A stretch of DNA of 64,000 bases from a virus. The position numbers and the translations under genes are program-made. The stretch spans positions 32,001-96,000 of IMG/VR virus record IMGVR_UViG_3300027759_000003; one strand, written 5' to 3'. How positions within the stretch are numbered: position 1 is the first letter of the stretch; every line of letters starts with the position of its first letter. The notes under the pieces were generated by a model. The model saw nothing but the letters and a program-made list of their open reading frames with translations. It was not told the DNA's origin and ran no database searches. Positions 49,429-56,489 of this stretch are shown here, piece by piece.

Positions 49429-50445
49429 CTAAACTAGTTGCAAAGTTTTTTGCACAACAGTTAGCAAACGATTTTTTTCTGCATTAGTTGCAGGGTCAAA
49501 TCCAGAAGCAGCAGCAAACATGCTTTCGCCATTTGCACTACGAGATGAACGATACCAGTCTAAACGCTCAGTAAGTGCATTAAATGCGCCCCAAGCATTA
49601 CCAGCAATCATGCCATTAAAATCACCAGTATAAATATCGTTAATCATATTTACCTTGTTTTCCCATTTCTTGATTGCACCCTTAGTATCTAATTCAGGTT
49701 TTGGATAAGCAGCAAGAATAATATCATTGAAATCTTTCGCTGATATTTCTTTTTGTATCATAGCATGAGCCATCTTGTCGAATTCGTCCATGTATGAGTT
49801 AGCCATACCTAGTGCTTGACGAGCAACAGCAACCTTGCCATTGGCAGTTTGTGTATGACGGATTTTGAAAGATTGCTTGACGCCATCTTTTTTCTTAGTA
49901 CGATTGAGTGCAACATTAAGAGTGTTAGCGCACACAACACGAACGGGAGTGATAGAAGCCTGAATTGCAATAGAGCCATCATGGCTAGTGTTAATAAGCA
50001 AATAAGTTTTAACCTTATCCGCAACACCATTTGGGTCTAATACAGTTTCACGCTCTAAAGCAAGAGAGCCAAATACTACACGACCACCCTTAAGAGAGCC
50101 AGCAGTTTCCCAACGACCTCCACCATCAAGAATGTTATCGCCAAATGCAAATAACTCTTCATTTTGTAGTGGTGTGTATCGCTCACCAACAATTCCCAAA
50201 ACATCAGTTTGAGATTTATCAGTTGGGTTTGTACGAACAACATATTGATATTGTTTGTCAGATACTAAACTAGATGGGATTTCTAAATCCTCTAGTCTAA
50301 CATTCCAATTATTTAAGTTAGCAGCAACAAGCATTTCACTTGTATTTTTTTCAGTATCAAATACTGTGCCAAGATTGTGCCATGCAGGCTCTCTAAATGA
50401 AGCAAAACTTGCTACGCCATTTTGAGTTTCTAAATCATGAGCCAT
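49429..50445 (-). CDS. DUF932/DUF945-family phage protein
   Basis: PAWHNLG, YTPLQNEE, WETAGSL.GG, NTSHDGS and TPVRVVCANTL motifs. Confidence 0.88.
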   Translation of the reverse strand: MAHDLETQNGVASFASFREPAWHNLGTVFDTEKNTSEMLVAANLNNWNVRLEDLEIPSSLVSDKQYQYVVRTNPTDKSQTDVLGIVGERYTPLQNEELFAFGDNILDGGGRWETAGSLKGGRVVFGSLALERETVLDPNGVADKVKTYLLINTSHDGSIAIQASITPVRVVCANTLNVALNRTKKKDGVKQSFKIRHTQTANGKVAVARQALGMANSYMDEFDKMAHAMIQKEISAKDFNDIILAAYPKPELDTKGAIKKWENKVNMINDIYTGDFNGMIAGNAWGAFNALTERLDWYRSSRSANGESMFAAASGFDPATNAEKNRLLTVVQKTLQLV

Positions 50446-50471
50446 TTTTATCCTTTCGGTTGTTTTAACTA

Positions 50472-50500
50472 AGTTTAGCAGTCATGACAGCCAATGTCAA
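50472..50500 (-). promoter_or_regulatory. Consensus sigma70/SigA promoter for DUF932
   Basis: TTGACA-17 bp-TAAACT with extended TG. Confidence 0.8.
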
Positions 50501-50576
50501 ATAGGATTGGGGAAAATGGTTTAATCTTCTTAATTGGTATAAATCGGACATTTCGGGCGGGGCCGGGTTTTTGTTA

Positions 50577-50606
50577 GGGCCAGTTTTACGTCTTGGCCCA
50601 CGACGT
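50577..50606 (-). ncRNA. Repeated pseudoknot-like RNA motif copy (covariant variant)
   Basis: ACGTC-GTGGGCCAA-GACGT-AAAAC-TGGCCC. Confidence 0.5.
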
Positions 50607-50662
50607 TGATAGCCCCCTATCAAATTTAAGCGGTCCCTGCAGCGGATGCTACAGATCTCTTA

Positions 50663-51127
50663 TTAGTTCTCCTCAAGTGACACATCGTCTACAGTTAAGT
50701 CAGCGTCATAGTCATATGAACTTAATTCTGCATCAATGGTTACACTGCTTAGATCAAAGTCTTCAATCTCATCCAATGGGATGTTAATAGTTCCACTGAA
50801 TGTAACGGTGCCGTATACACTCATTTGCTTTACAGGATTAAGATTAAAGTGTTGTGTTAGCGCTTTTAAAACTTCTTCTTTAGAATAGTTTGGGTCATAC
50901 CATTCAGGAATTTGATCTTCAAGCCATGAGATGTCTAAACGACGCTCTGCTGCTAGATTGGCATTAGTTCTGCCTTGATGTAGTTCCCATTCAAGATCAG
51001 TAACTTTATCAGTCATGAATGTAGGGCTTTCAGGTGCTGCATAGGTGTCAGGTATAGCCTTGTAGGTTACAAGTAGGTTAGGATTGTATGGAACAGATAA
51101 CTGCTCCTGTGTCATTACTTCGCTCAT
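50663..51127 (-). CDS. Acidic hypothetical early protein
   Basis: ATG at 51127 after AAGGA; promoter TTGCAT-17-TATTAT at 51153-51181. Confidence 0.65.
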   Translation of the reverse strand: MSEVMTQEQLSVPYNPNLLVTYKAIPDTYAAPESPTFMTDKVTDLEWELHQGRTNANLAAERRLDISWLEDQIPEWYDPNYSKEEVLKALTQHFNLNPVKQMSVYGTVTFSGTINIPLDEIEDFDLSSVTIDAELSSYDYDADLTVDDVSLEEN

Positions 51128-51262
51128 TAGGGGTTCCTTTTCTGTTAATACAATAATATCATCAAGATTGTGGGAATGCAAGTTCAGTTCTTAATTAGTC
51201 TCACATAATGAGATGTGATTTAGATCACGCTGCCCCGGATTTTTGCGGGGGGCAATTAAAGA

Positions 51263-51292
51263 TGAGCAGTTTAGAACTCATGCTCAGGAGTC
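51263..51292 (-). ncRNA. Repeated pseudoknot-like RNA motif copy
   Basis: GACTC-CTGAGCAT-GAGTT-CTAAAC-TGCTCA. Confidence 0.55.
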
Positions 51293-51342
51293 TTATCTCA
51301 GGAATAACTTAGCAATTAAGCCAAGTGCTTATCAGAGATAAA

Positions 51343-51513
51343 TTATTTAGTTGTGCTTACCATAGCAAGGCGTCTTGCGCCATTTGCTAATTGTAAGGAT
51401 ACTCTAGTGGTCTTAGAGTTGATAGGTGAGAACTTTACAATTCTACCTGTGATACCTGTTTTGCTTGTGGTGAATAAATCACCTAGTTGGTATGTGTATC
51501 CGCCTAGTGTCAT
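51343..51513 (-). CDS. Small SH3/KOW-like beta protein (paralog of 52112-52282)
   Basis: Read by eye: MTLGGYTYQLGDLFTTSKTGITGRIVKFSPINSKTTRVSLQL; promoter TTGACT-17-TATACT at 51550-51578. Confidence 0.65.
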   Translation of the reverse strand: MTLGGYTYQLGDLFTTSKTGITGRIVKFSPINSKTTRVSLQLANGARRLAMVSTTK

Positions 51514-51595
51514 GATTTTCCTTTTCTGTTGTGGTGGTTTGTTATATTAAGTATAACATTTTTGGGGGGGCAAGTCAAGAACCCCCCCAATACTA

Positions 51596-52018
51596 TTAGA
51601 GATAACGAGCAATAGCGTTATATGTGCTAGTGCTAACTGTTTCCTCGTCCGTCATTTTAAGGATACGGATAGCGTTCTCAAGTTCCTCTTTCATTTCACG
51701 ATAAGTATGAGCATGGATTTGCTCAAAATTACGCTCAGGCTCTTTGGGAAAGTCTGCCTCATCTGTGATTAAATCAAAATCAACATTAAGGGTTTTGTTC
51801 CAAGAACGATAGTTAGTGCGTAGGTTTTCAGCCTTTGAGATGTTAGCAGTAGCAAACTTAGCAACTTCTTTGCGCCATTTATCTACTTGCTTTTGGAACT
51901 TTGCTTCCAGTTCATCTTGATTTGTGTAGTCAGCATTTACTTGTGCTAACTTTGTTTCTAAGGCTTTGATAACCTTAGCAGTAGCGATTTTTACGCTGAT
52001 GGGTTTGCTTCTTGCCAT
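51596..52018 (-). CDS. Hypothetical early protein
   Basis: 140-aa ORF ending NAIRILKMTDEETVSTSTYNAIARYL. Confidence 0.7.
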   Translation of the reverse strand: MARSKPISVKIATAKVIKALETKLAQVNADYTNQDELEAKFQKQVDKWRKEVAKFATANISKAENLRTNYRSWNKTLNVDFDLITDEADFPKEPERNFEQIHAHTYREMKEELENAIRILKMTDEETVSTSTYNAIARYL

Positions 52019-52065
52019 TTGGTTTGTTTCCGTTTCTGTTGGTGAGTTTGATGGGGGTATTAAGT

Positions 52066-52092
52066 TGAGCAGTTTCTCGTCATGCTCAGGAC
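52066..52092 (-). ncRNA. Repeated pseudoknot-like RNA motif copy
   Basis: GTC-CTGAGCAT-GAC-GAGAAAC-TGCTCA preceded by hairpin TTAGCC-tagt-GGCTAA. Confidence 0.55.
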
Positions 52093-52111
52093 TTTAGCCA
52101 CTAGGCTAAGA

Positions 52112-52282
52112 TTAAGCGTTCTTTGCTGTCCAAGTTGTCCAGCGAGTTGAGCCATTAACATCTAACTTAACTCTAACTGTGTTCTTGTTAGTTGGCACAA
52201 TTTCGGTAATAGTTCCTACTACCTTTGATTTTTGTGATGTGTAGGTGTCGCCTACCTTGTATGTTGCGTTTGCTACGGACAT
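52112..52282 (-). CDS. Small SH3/KOW-like beta protein
   Basis: AGGAG RBS; YKVGDTYTSQKSKVVGTITEI...VRVKLDV. Confidence 0.65.
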   Translation of the reverse strand: MSVANATYKVGDTYTSQKSKVVGTITEIVPTNKNTVRVKLDVNGSTRWTTWTAKNA

Positions 52283-52377
52283 GGTTCTCCTTCTTGTTGG
52301 TTTTTGCTTACTGTATAAGTCTAACATTTTTTGGTCAAAAATACAAATTATCTCATGGATAATCTCATATATTGAGA

Positions 52378-52393
52378 TGTGAGATATATCACA
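52378..52393. promoter_or_regulatory. CRP/GlxR-type box (perfect)
   Basis: TGTGA-GATATA-TCACA. Confidence 0.7.
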
Positions 52394-52467
52394 CTTAATG
52401 CCCCATGCCTGAGAATAGGATATATAAGAATATAAGTGATAATACTATTAGTATCTCCATATGCCCC

Positions 52468-53196
52468 TTATTTCTTAGATGATGAAAAGACTATGTCGCT
52501 CTTAGAGTATACACACAAACCGCAAGATACGCAAGCCGAGCCAGCGCTTGAGATAAGTGGAATGGCTTTTAGGTTTTCAGGGCACTTAGCACCAGGTCGA
52601 TTAAATAACTCCTTCATATCTGCCTGACCTATTGCAAAATTCTGTGCAAGGTATGCAAGGCGTATCCCATGATCTTTCTTTAAATTAACGCCTATCTGCT
52701 TATTCTCGCTGTCTGTTGAATAGTATAAGGATAGATTAGGAATATCCTTTAGCATTACCGCTGCAGGCTGTACCCTTGTATATACCCAGAATTTTATATC
52801 TGTATTGTTAAGGATGATTTGTTTCCATGCTTTGGTGTACGTGTCATTAAAGAAATCACCGTCCCAATGAATACGAAATAACAATGACGCATTTTTCTTT
52901 TCACAATCTTTTTTAAAATCATTAATCATATTCTGCAATAGATCAATCATAGTCGATTCGTCAGCGTCTTTTAATAATTCCCAATTATGTATTAGGTTTG
53001 CCTTTACGGCTTTGTAAAGTTTTTCAAGTTTTCCTGCGTAGCAAACACTTTCACAAACACTAGTGGCACCAGGGCATGAATAATTCTTTCCAGCGGGAAG
53101 ACCGAACGTGTTTGCAATTGCGGCTTGCTTTCCATTTTTTGTAACAAGATTAGCAACCTTTCTGTCAAATGATCTTTTTAATTGTGGTGTTGTCAT
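52468..53196 (-). CDS. Gp88-family phage protein
   Basis: FGLPAGKNYSCPGATSVCESVCYA, FRIHWDGDF, WVYTR and C-terminal CVSCGLC. Confidence 0.8.
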   Translation of the reverse strand: MTTPQLKRSFDRKVANLVTKNGKQAAIANTFGLPAGKNYSCPGATSVCESVCYAGKLEKLYKAVKANLIHNWELLKDADESTMIDLLQNMINDFKKDCEKKNASLLFRIHWDGDFFNDTYTKAWKQIILNNTDIKFWVYTRVQPAAVMLKDIPNLSLYYSTDSENKQIGVNLKKDHGIRLAYLAQNFAIGQADMKELFNRPGAKCPENLKAIPLISSAGSACVSCGLCVYSKSDIVFSSSKK

Positions 53197-53299
53197 ATAA
53201 ATATTTTAGCAGAATGTGGAGAAAATATCAAGTGTACGTAAGGTACAAAACGGACAAATCGGGCAGGGCCGGGTTTTTCTGCGGGGAAGTGCAGAAAAA

Positions 53300-53533
53300 T
53301 TATTCTAAGTGAACATACCAATCATAGTATTCATTATCAACTAACTGAGCGGTATCTTTTTCACCAAACTCATTTTGATACTCTGCATACCAAAAGTATT
53401 GGTCAGGATCAGATTCAATAGAAAGTATTTCAACTACCTCATCATTGTATCCAATAAAATCTCCAACCATCATCATAGAAGGTTTGAGAATATCTATTTT
53501 CTTTAATTCCATGTTCATCATTGTAGCAGCCAT
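53300..53533 (-). CDS. Hypothetical early protein
   Basis: GAGG RBS; 77 aa. Confidence 0.55.
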   Translation of the reverse strand: MAATMMNMELKKIDILKPSMMMVGDFIGYNDEVVEILSIESDPDQYFWYAEYQNEFGEKDTAQLVDNEYYDWYVHLE

Positions 53534-53618
53534 TTATTCAGCCTCAATTTCTGCTAGGGTTTCCCATAGAATAGGTTCTAGAATTTTTGCAACCTGATCT
53601 AATTTATCTTGCAAGTCT

Positions 53619-53915
53619 TTACTCATATAAGTCCTCATCTGCTGGCTCAATGAACCACTCTAGGTGTGCGTGTGATACCAATGCGCTGGCGGTAGTCCAA
53701 GTGTTGCCCTTCCAACTAATTTGAAAGCCATCAACAACTGGTAATTCTATTCTACGAGAATAATCCTCCTCATAGTATGCGTCAATAGCCTCAATACATG
53801 GCTGAACCATTACTGTTGGTATTGGTGGATAATGATTACCTTGTAAGTGATACTTTAATTGTGTTTCTAGGTCTAGCGTTGTATCTGCTAAACCTATTGC
53901 TGTTATGCTTCCCAT
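53619..53915 (-). CDS. Hypothetical early protein
   Basis: HLQGNHYPP...PCIEAI...HAHLEWF motif family. Confidence 0.7.
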   Translation of the reverse strand: MGSITAIGLADTTLDLETQLKYHLQGNHYPPIPTVMVQPCIEAIDAYYEEDYSRRIELPVVDGFQISWKGNTWTTASALVSHAHLEWFIEPADEDLYE

Positions 53916-54139
53916 TATTTAATTACGACCTCTCCGTTAGTGTAGAAGGTTTTAGTATACATCTTACCTGTTGGGTCAGACAAATTATAGGTTGCGTATT
54001 CTTTAGCAAAGCCATAGTCCACGCATTTATCCCAAGCCCTAACTGCTTCTAGCATATCGCTAACTCGCAGGGTATGAATTAACTCTCCATCATATGAAGT
54101 AGTAAGTGAATAAGTATATTCCATTAGTTTAGTTTCCAA
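53915..54139 (-). CDS. Hypothetical early protein
   Basis: AWDKCVDYG.AKEYATYNL motif; coupled to the downstream gene. Confidence 0.6.
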   Translation of the reverse strand: METKLMEYTYSLTTSYDGELIHTLRVSDMLEAVRAWDKCVDYGFAKEYATYNLSDPTGKMYTKTFYTNGEVVIK

Positions 54140-54313
54140 TCCATTAGTTCGTCAGCAGATATAGCGTAAGGATTACACTCGCAAGGCTCACTATCAAAGT
54201 CTACATTATTTCCTTGATATATCCAACCATAGCCGTAGCAGTATTCGTGCTCTAGTATATCCATTAGTGCTTCTTTTACTTTACCCATTTGTTCCTTCTT
54301 TCTTTATATCTTT

Positions 54314-54335
54314 ATCCTATCAGATACAACTGACA
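54314..54335 (-). promoter_or_regulatory. PafBC-type (RecA-NDp) promoter
   Basis: TGTCAG-N10-TAGGAT. Confidence 0.6.
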
Positions 54336-54435
54336 AAATCCAATTAGACGCCTTAATCTGGGGAATTTAGGGTGTGATCTTAACCACACGTAAAGGTCAT
54401 GTATAGATTGCGACACGCCGCCTGCGCCGGGTTTT

Positions 54436-54451
54436 TCGAACAAATGTTTGA
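54436..54451. promoter_or_regulatory. Actinobacterial LexA (SOS) box-like site
   Basis: TCGAAC-AAAT-GTTTGA, one mismatch to TCGAAC-N4-GTTCGA. Confidence 0.45.
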
Positions 54452-54476
54452 GCAGTTTTTATTCTTGCTCAGGAAT
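54449..54476 (-). ncRNA. Repeated pseudoknot-like RNA motif copy
   Basis: ATTC-CTGAGCAA-GAAT-AAAAAC-TGCTCA. Confidence 0.55.
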
Positions 54477-54482
54477 TTTTAT

Positions 54483-54629
54483 TTATACTTTAAATGCTTT
54501 ACGCAATTCATTTCGCAATCTGCGAATTTCTTTTTGTTGTGCAATATTTTGTTTCCAAAATAAACCCATAACAGTTAAGCAACCAAGTAGCGCAATTATT
54601 ATTGCAATCACATCTAAATTAGTTATCAT
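54483..54629 (-). CDS. Small single-TM protein
   Basis: Read by eye: MITNLDVIAIIIALLGCLTVMGLFWKQN... Confidence 0.55.
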   Translation of the reverse strand: MITNLDVIAIIIALLGCLTVMGLFWKQNIAQQKEIRRLRNELRKAFKV

Positions 54630-54634
54630 TTGTT

Positions 54635-54844
54635 TTACCCCTTCCACATTTCAGAGCCAACAGGAATTAAACCAATTTCATCAATTCCGCAAGCCTTTTC
54701 AAATCTTGCAAAATCAAAGTTTTCATTATCTGATTGAAACCAATCCGCAAATTCTTGAATTAAATCTTCATAAGTATTTTGTGGAATTTCATCTACAAAA
54801 CTTTTTAGAATGTTTGCGGTTTTGATGTAGTCTTTTCTAGTCAT
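54635..54844 (-). CDS. Hypothetical early protein (MTRKDY...NFD..RF..AC family)
   Basis: Recognisable small phage protein motif. Confidence 0.7.
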   Translation of the reverse strand: MTRKDYIKTANILKSFVDEIPQNTYEDLIQEFADWFQSDNENFDFARFEKACGIDEIGLIPVGSEMWKG

Positions 54845-54992
54845 TAGTCAGCCTCTTTCGTAGTAAATAAAGTGCCTAGTGCAAAGTTTTTACATTCGCA
54901 CTTTTCTACATCATAGGCAAGATTATCTCCCCAAAAAATATAACCTGCGCCATTACATTCATCACACTTAAAAGTCATTACGCTACTAATCA

Positions 54993-55178
54993 TTATGCTA
55001 ACGCCTTTCCTCTAAGTGTGCCACGAACACCCAACACATCACAAGCAATTTTTACAGATACGCCAACAGGTAATTGGTTTGGGTAAGTGTTTATGAATTG
55101 AGCAACCGCACCCTGAGAAGGTAGGTTGATATTTTTTACAGCACCATTAAAGGTTTCTAGTTTTACAGTATAAGTCAT
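54993..55178 (-). CDS. Small early protein (paralog of 57173-57367)
   Basis: VKLETFNG...FINTYPNQLPVGVSV. Confidence 0.65.
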   Translation of the reverse strand: MTYTVKLETFNGAVKNINLPSQGAVAQFINTYPNQLPVGVSVKIACDVLGVRGTLRGKALA

Positions 55179-55211
55179 TTCTGACCACCTTTCGTTTTTG
55201 TTTGAGTTATT

Positions 55212-55233
55212 ATTCTATCAATTATCGCTGACA
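55212..55233 (-). promoter_or_regulatory. PafBC-type (RecA-NDp) promoter
   Basis: TGTCAG-N10-TAGAAT; perfect CRP box at 55262-55277. Confidence 0.62.
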
Positions 55234-55382
55234 TTTTCCAATTATAGGGGGTGTGTTGGAGTGTGAGTTGCCTCACATCTCCTTTATATTAGCCTGATGA
55301 TAAGCAAGGGTTATCTCCTCGCCATACTCGGCTACTAGGTCGGCATAGACCTCATCTAGATAGTTAAGGTAATCAGACATTA

Positions 55383-55583
55383 TTAACCTACCTGAACCGC
55401 TACGGTGCGGAAAGTATTGTTAATGCGACCTTCATCTATTTCTACAAAATAGGCTTCAGTATTATCACCATACCAAAGAGCACCCTTAGATTTTTCTGCG
55501 GAAATAATTGTTCCGTCAGTTAAGGATTTAGATGAATAAGATTTACCAATTAGCAAATCTTCTATTGTGTATAAGTTAGCCAT
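55383..55583 (-). CDS. Small early protein
   Basis: MANLYTIEDLLIGKSY...; RBS and promoter upstream. Confidence 0.65.
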   Translation of the reverse strand: MANLYTIEDLLIGKSYSSKSLTDGTIISAEKSKGALWYGDNTEAYFVEIDEGRINNTFRTVAVQVG

Positions 55584-55620
55584 TGTTAGCCACTTCCTTT
55601 CGTTATTTTCTTACTCCGTA

Positions 55621-55642
55621 AGTCTATCAGAATTAACAGACA
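55621..55642 (-). promoter_or_regulatory. PafBC-type promoter (variant TGTCTG)
   Basis: TGTCTG-N10-TAGACT; perfect CRP box 55691-55706; DnaA box 55718-55726. Confidence 0.55.
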
Positions 55643-56229
55643 TTTACAACCTACTAGCCAGTAATCTCAAATAATAAGACGCTCAAACTGTGTGAGAAAA
55701 ATCACATCGTACGTAAGTTATCCACAGGCTGTGGACGACACGCCATGCGTGCCGGGTTTTTTGCAGAGTTTTTATTTCTGCAAAAATTTTTTATTAGTTA
55801 AATTTATCTAATAAAATTTGTTTAACAATTTCTAATTGCGCTTCGGTTAAATTAGTTAATTCAACTGCGTTTTCAAATTGCTTAGTTATGCTTTCTGTAT
55901 TATTTTGCATTTTTATGTTTTACCTTTCTACTATATTTTTTTTTATTTGGAATTGGTGTTGCCGCATTACTACGGCGCAATTCTTGAATACGAATAATTT
56001 TGTTTTTTATTTCTTTTAACATTTTATTATTCCCAACAATTAGAGCAAGTAATTATATCTTGCTCATCAAAAAATTCGCTAGAAACTTTTTCATTACATA
56101 GACGACAATTAAGAGTTATCATTTATATTCTCCTTTTAAGATAAGTTCATCTAGCATTTTTGCTAGAGGGTCTATCTGCTCGTCAGCAAGATAGTTAGTT
56201 AATTCTAAATCTTTTACAAAGTTTATCAT

Positions 56230-56403
56230 TTACTTACCTACCTTCCATGAAGACCAATAAGATAGCAATTCGCTATCCTCAATATAGTGAGAATAAATAT
56301 TCTGCTCACAATTTTCGCAGAAACTATATTTCATATCATTTACGATAGATGTCGCTAATAGATTAGCGGTGTGCTTACACACTTTGTTTAGTAGTGAATT
56401 CAT
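56230..56403 (-). CDS. First leftward early gene, small Cys-containing protein
   Basis: Read by eye: MNSLLNKVCKH...SFCENCEQNI...WSSWKVGK; AAGGA RBS. Confidence 0.55.
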   Translation of the reverse strand: MNSLLNKVCKHTANLLATSIVNDMKYSFCENCEQNIYSHYIEDSELLSYWSSWKVGK

Positions 56404-56455
56404 TTTGAATTCCTTTCTTTAAGAGATTTACTTATTGTTCAATCTTTATACTAGA

Positions 56456-56477
56456 AGTATAACAGCGACCACTGACA
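56456..56477 (-). promoter_or_regulatory. PafBC-type (RecA-NDp) promoter
   Basis: aTGTCAGTGgtcgctgtTATACT matches tTGTCRgtg-N8-TAnnnT / TGTCRG-N10-TAnnnT. Confidence 0.65.
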
Positions 56478-56489
56478 TTTACTGACCAG

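Noticed and set aside
51293-51342. Hammerhead ribozyme (CTGATAAG within a stem on the minus strand)
   Set aside because: The core differs from CUGANGA and lacks a correctly placed GAAA; kept only as an unexplained hairpin
49396-54476. TGAGCA...TGCTCA repeats as a CRISPR array or plain terminators
   Set aside because: Copies are kilobases apart and separated by genes, vary with compensatory changes, and have no U-tract on the coding strand
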